This document shows positions 7,844 to 11,413 of a stretch of 11,413 nucleotides of DNA, piece by piece. Below the pieces are notes generated by a model. That model did no database searches. It was not told where the DNA came from and saw nothing but the letters and a program-made list of their open reading frames with translations. The stretch comes from Candidatus Zixiibacteriota bacterium (GTDB lineage: Bacteria > Zixibacteria > MSB-5A5 > GN15 > FEB-12): contig JBGSIV010000273.1 of NCBI GenBank assembly GCA_041742355.1, positions 1 through 11,413 of the forward strand, given 5' to 3'. Position 1 is the first letter of the stretch. The number at the start of each line of letters is the position of its first letter. Made by a program: the position numbers and the translations under genes.

Positions 7844-9221
7844 CCCCGAACGCACCGACGTGGCGATCATCGGCGGCGGTATCTCCGGGCTGGCGGCGCT
7901 GCACTTTGCCCGCTCGCTGCGGCCGGAGTTATCGGCGGCCCTCTTCGAGAAAGACATGCGCCTCGGCGGGACGGTCGGCACCGACCATGTCGACGGCTAC
8001 AGCCTCGACTGGGGACCCAACGGTTTTCTTGACCGCGAGCCGCTCACGTTGCGCCTGGCCAACGAGCTTGGGCTGAGAGATCAGCTCGAACGCGCGAACG
8101 AGTCAGTCCAGAAGCGCTTCATCCTTCGCGGGGGGAGGCTCCGCGATGTACCTATGTCGCCGCCCGCCTTCCTGCGCTCGGATATACTCAGTGTGGCCGG
8201 GCGGCTCCGGGTGATGATGGAGCCATTCGGCAAGAAGCGCCCGGAGGGGGGCGATGAATCCGTATACGAATTTGCGAAGCGTCGCATCGGCCGGGAGGCA
8301 GCCGACTACCTTGTGCAGCCGATGGTTTCCGGCGTCTACGGCGGGCTGGCTGACCGCCTCAGTCTGAAAGCCACGTTCAAAATCATGGCTGAGATGGAAG
8401 CCGAGCACGGTTCCCTGCTCAAAGCGATGATTGCCCGCCAACGTGCGGCGAAGCGCGAGGGGCGAAAAGCGGGCGGGCCGTCGGGACCCGGCGGATGGCT
8501 GACATCATTTCGGGGCGGCCTCTATGCGATTATCGAGCGCTGTCGGGAACGGTATGGCAACGCCATAAGAACTGGCGCCGGAGTAATCAAGGTTTCCCGC
8601 GACGAGCGCGGATACGAAGTCGGTCTAGCCGATGGGCGAACGATCGCCGTGGGAAGCGTAATCCTCGCGACTCCCTCTTTCCAGGCATCCGAGATAACGC
8701 AATCGCTCTCTGTGAACTTGAGCCGTGCTCTGGCCGCGATCGACTACGCGCCGATCGCAGTCGTGTGCACCGGTTATGATCGGCGCGCGGTGGGACGTCC
8801 GGTCGACGGTTTCGGGTTCCTCGTCCCGCGGATCGAGAAGCGGCGCATTCTCGGGTCGATCTGGACGTCATCGATTTTTCCCGATCGTGCTCCTGAGGGT
8901 AAGGTGCAGTTCCGCACGATGGTCGGGGGCGACGGGGATCACGCCGTCATGGATCTCTCGGACGACGCCCTGCTCGCGGTGGTGAAGAACGATCTTGGCG
9001 ACATCATGCGTCTTAGCGGCGAACCGGAGCTGGTCAGGATCTACCGCTGGCGGCATGGCATCCCGCAGTTCAAGATCGGCCATGCGGAGAGAATGCGGCA
9101 GATCGAAAGCGAACTGCAGCGTCTCGGCAACCTCTTCGTGACCGGCAACGCATACTACGGCATCGGTCTCAACGACTGCGTGAAACAGTCATTCGACGTC
9201 ATCAACCGGCTGCCGCGGTAA
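7836..9221 (+). CDS. hemY: FAD-dependent protoporphyrinogen oxidase (HemY/PgoX family)
   Basis: IIGGGISGLAA dinucleotide-binding motif, RLGG, WGPNGF, SGVYGG, GFGFLVP, IPQF, GNAYYGIGLNDC. The start overlaps the end of hemH. Confidence 0.95.
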   Translation: MSSPERTDVAIIGGGISGLAALHFARSLRPELSAALFEKDMRLGGTVGTDHVDGYSLDWGPNGFLDREPLTLRLANELGLRDQLERANESVQKRFILRGGRLRDVPMSPPAFLRSDILSVAGRLRVMMEPFGKKRPEGGDESVYEFAKRRIGREAADYLVQPMVSGVYGGLADRLSLKATFKIMAEMEAEHGSLLKAMIARQRAAKREGRKAGGPSGPGGWLTSFRGGLYAIIERCRERYGNAIRTGAGVIKVSRDERGYEVGLADGRTIAVGSVILATPSFQASEITQSLSVNLSRALAAIDYAPIAVVCTGYDRRAVGRPVDGFGFLVPRIEKRRILGSIWTSSIFPDRAPEGKVQFRTMVGGDGDHAVMDLSDDALLAVVKNDLGDIMRLSGEPELVRIYRWRHGIPQFKIGHAERMRQIESELQRLGNLFVTGNAYYGIGLNDCVKQSFDVINRLPR

Positions 9222-9292
9222 CAGGAAACGTTGACTCCGAGTTGTTGACTCCCGGTGAGTAGCTCTGAAAGATCTCTGTTGCGACAGCCCCG

Positions 9293-9505
9293 CTAGTGCG
9301 GGCAGTGGCACCCGCGGCACTTCTCCGGCGTCGGCACACATGTCCCACAGGAGCTTCCCCCGTTCCCCATCGAGGACACCAGTGAGATCAACCGGTACGT
9401 CTGCGCCGAACCGCACTTCGGGCACGGGAGGCGATCGGTACCGGCGCTCACGAGTTCCTCGAATCTCGTCCCGCAGTCTCCGCACTTGAATTCGTAAATC
9501 GGCAT
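9293..9505 (-). CDS. FmdB-family zinc-ribbon protein with Cys/His-rich C-terminus (70 aa)
   Basis: MPIYEFKCGDCG...CPKCGS...RLIS is the FmdB signature. ATG 9505-9503 is preceded by GGAAGGA. The track's start at 9571 is likely too far upstream. Confidence 0.9.
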   Translation of the reverse strand: MPIYEFKCGDCGTRFEELVSAGTDRLPCPKCGSAQTYRLISLVSSMGNGGSSCGTCVPTPEKCRGCHCPH

Positions 9506-9562
9506 CAGCCTGTCCTTCCGGCTACGTTGTCCCGGGCGGCGTCCGGGCTGTGGGTGCACTTC

Positions 9563-9591
9563 AAGATACACAAAGAAGATAAATAAGTCCA
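9563..9591 (-). promoter_or_regulatory. Putative sigma70 promoter of the FmdB-like gene
   Basis: Minus strand TGGACT (9591-9586), 17-nt AT-rich spacer, TATCTT (9568-9563), standing out from a GC-rich background. Confidence 0.5.
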
Positions 9592-9614
9592 GATCCGGGA
9601 AGTGAAGCGGTACA

Positions 9615-9689
9615 AATGACGGAAGGCGGCGACGCCCCGGTAGTGAGAGTTAGGTCGCCCCGGAACGCTTGTGCCGCCTTCCGGTTATT
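9615..9689 (-). other. Long two-segment stem-loop spanning the stop codon of the orphan ORF (possible terminator or structured RNA)
   Basis: Perfect 11-bp arms CGGAAGGCGGC (9620-9630) and GCCGCCTTCCG (9673-9683). On the minus strand an inner 9-bp stem GCGTTCCGG/CCGGGGCGT forms with G-U pairs. Only a weak U-tract (TCATTTGT) follows. Confidence 0.55.
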
Positions 9690-9844
9690 GCCTCATATAC
9701 GCACTGCCGCGACGGTACGCAATGGTGCGGGGCGGTTCGGACACGCGGAACCTGTACCTGCCAGCGGCATAAGTTGTTGAGCCGCATATAGGTGGGTTGG
9801 ACGTTGCCATTGTCGGCTATATCTTCTACCCAATAATACTCCAT
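9650..9844 (-). CDS. Hypothetical small protein (64 aa), no family recognised
   Basis: ATG with AGGAG 7 nt upstream. The upstream 11-mer AGGAGAAGTGA is identical to that before the permease gene. It fills an otherwise empty gap, but its codon usage is atypically AT3-rich. Confidence 0.45.
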   Translation of the reverse strand: MEYYWVEDIADNGNVQPTYMRLNNLCRWQVQVPRVRTAPHHCVPSRQCVYEAITGRRHKRSGAT

Positions 9845-10004
9845 TTCACTTCTCCTGATCGCGTACAGGTGCTAAGGCATCGGTCATTCCCCGTGTCGAT
9901 CGATGCTCCGTGTTTTTGTTGAATACCGCCTTCCGTGGCGAGTATTTACCTGTGGTTGCCGCCGCAGGGCGGCCATGTTACACCCGTGAAAGGAGCAACA
10001 GCCG

Positions 10005-10433
10005 ATGTCGACCATGTTCTGGATCTGGATGGCGGCGGCGGTCGTCTTCCTCATTCTTGAGATCCTCGCGCCCGGCCTGATTTTCGCCGGCTTCGCTGTT
10101 GCGGCGGCGATCGCGGGGATTTACGGCCAGTTCAACCCGGCAGAGTATTACTGGCAGATGGGGATCTTCGTCGCGGCATCGCTTGTCATCCTGCCGACGA
10201 TGCGCCCGCTCGCCAAGCGAATCACCAAACCCTCACCGGTCAAATCCAATGTCGATCGCCTGATCGGTCGCATTGCGCTGGTCAGCCGGGATATCGAGCC
10301 GGATACCGGCGGCCAGGTTACGCTCGATGGCGAAACCTGGCGGGCGATGGCCAAACGTCCGTTTGCCGCCAAAGACCGCGTTCGGGTGGTGGCGGTCAAC
10401 GGCAACCGCCTGGTAGTCGACGAACCGGAGTGA
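10005..10433 (+). CDS. NfeD family membrane protein (short, YbbJ-like, C-terminal OB fold)
   Basis: AAGGAG RBS; hydrophobic N-terminus W...LILEILAPG; LIGRIALV, GQVTLDGETWRA, VRVVAVNGNRLVV; lies directly upstream of an SPFH gene. Confidence 0.93.
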   Translation: MSTMFWIWMAAAVVFLILEILAPGLIFAGFAVAAAIAGIYGQFNPAEYYWQMGIFVAASLVILPTMRPLAKRITKPSPVKSNVDRLIGRIALVSRDIEPDTGGQVTLDGETWRAMAKRPFAAKDRVRVVAVNGNRLVVDEPE

Positions 10434-10512
10434 GTCGCCGGGCAGCGCACGTATTACCGAGAATTCGCTTTTCCCGCCGCCGTGCGGCCGGGACCATAGA
10501 GAAAGGTAAACC

Positions 10513-11413
10513 ATGAACCCAGTTGTCGTCTTCCTCATTGTCGCCGTGGTCTTCTCGTTCATCATCGTCTCGCTCTCGGTGCGCATTGTGCGCCCGTACG
10601 AGCGCGGCCTGGTTGAGCGCCTCGGCAAGTTTCAGCGCATCCTCGATCCGGGGCTCAACATGATTGTCCCGCTCTTCGACACGGTCGTCAAGATCGACAT
10701 GCGCGAGGTGGTTCTCGATGTTCCCCCGCAGATGGTGATCACGCAGGACAATGTCGGGGTCGATGTCGACGCGGTCATCTGGGCGCAGGTGACCGACCCG
10801 GTGCGGGCGTTCTACGAGATTTCGAACTACATTCATGCCGCGACCAAGCTGGCGCAGACGAACCTGCGCAACGTGATCGGCGAGATGGATCTCGATGCCT
10901 GCCTGTCGTCGCGCGACAAGATCAACAGCCAACTCCGCGATGTGCTCGACGACGCCACCGACAAGTGGGGTGTCAAGATCAACCGGGTCGAGCTGCAGCG
11001 GATCGATCCCCCGGCCGACATCACGGACGCGATGAGCCGTCAGATGAAGGCCGAGCGCGAGAAGCGCGCGACCATTCTCGAGGCCGAGGCGCTGCGGCAG
11101 GCAGCGATCGCCAAGGCGGAGGGGACCAAGCAGGGGGCGATCCTCGAGGCCGAGGGGTACGCCACGGCAGTGCGCACGAAGGCGGATGCCGAGAAGTACC
11201 GTCAGATCGCGGTGGCCGAGGGTGAGTCGCAGGCGATCTCCAATGTTTTCAACGCGATTCATGCCGGTGCGCCCGACGACAAGCTGATCACGCTCAAGTA
11301 CCTCGAGATGCTTCCGAAGCTGGCCGAGAACCCGGCGAACAAGCTCTTCCTGCCGTACGAGGCGAGCGGGATGATCAGCGCACTGGCCGCGATGGTCGAG
11401 GGCATCAAGGGGA
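10513..11413 (+). CDS. SPFH/Band 7 stomatin-like (QmcA-like) protein, truncated by window end
   Basis: Not in the ORF track (no stop in window). ATG 10513 follows AAGG. MNPVVVFLIVAVVFSFIIVSLSVRIVRPYERGLVERLGKF...VITQDNVGVDVDAV...QTNLRNVIGEMDLD...DKWGVKINRVELQRIDPP...QMKAEREKRATILEAE; open to the end. Confidence 0.95.
   Translation, partial: MNPVVVFLIVAVVFSFIIVSLSVRIVRPYERGLVERLGKFQRILDPGLNMIVPLFDTVVKIDMREVVLDVPPQMVITQDNVGVDVDAVIWAQVTDPVRAFYEISNYIHAATKLAQTNLRNVIGEMDLDACLSSRDKINSQLRDVLDDATDKWGVKINRVELQRIDPPADITDAMSRQMKAEREKRATILEAEALRQAAIAKAEGTKQGAILEAEGYATAVRTKADAEKYRQIAVAEGESQAISNVFNAIHAGAPDDKLITLKYLEMLPKLAENPANKLFLPYEASGMISALAAMVEGIKG

Noticed and set aside
903..8441. Long antisense ORFs within the hem operon (e.g. 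903-1721, 3688-4470, 4734-5483, 6181-7089, 6998-7981)
   Set aside because: Shadow ORFs expected from GC-rich codon bias opposite conserved genes; no motifs.
9189..9485. 98-aa minus-strand ORF in another frame over the FmdB-like gene
   Set aside because: Overlaps the motif-supported FmdB frame and the end of hemY; no RBS or motifs.
9506..9950. Possible SRP RNA, 6S RNA, tmRNA or RNase P RNA in the structured intergenic region
   Set aside because: Signature sequences were not found by eye; CCGGAAGG alone lacks the flanking SRP consensus. An Rfam scan would settle it.
10472..10493. GC-rich hairpin between nfeD and the SPFH gene as a terminator
   Set aside because: No downstream U-tract on either strand; at most an intercistronic stability element in a well-known gene pair.
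10396..11262. 288-aa minus-strand ORF, and the 86-aa plus-strand ORF at 10965-11225
   Set aside because: Antisense or out-of-frame shadows of the SPFH gene starting at 10513.

Overview
GC-rich bacterial window, mostly housekeeping. The core is a tightly coupled + strand heme biosynthesis operon, hemA-hemC-hemL-hemE-hemN-hemH-hemY (about 951-9221). It looks like a C5, protoporphyrin-dependent route, but hemB and hemD are absent from the cluster. On the left, transcribed divergently, are an ArsR/SmtB regulator and a truncated DUF318/ArsP-like permease, each preceded by the same TTGGC-N6-GCCAA palindrome. On the right are a convergent FmdB-type zinc-ribbon gene with a Cys/His-rich tail, an orphan 64-aa ORF with a strong RBS embedded in competing inverted repeats, and an nfeD + SPFH (stomatin-like) pair running off the window end. 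I see no mobile element, CRISPR array, tRNA or rRNA. No clearly new multi-gene system is demonstrable. The best leads are the structured 9615-9946 region, the regulatory elements in the arsR-hemA intergenic region, and the hemB/hemD gap. All family assignments are by motif recognition; no searches were run.
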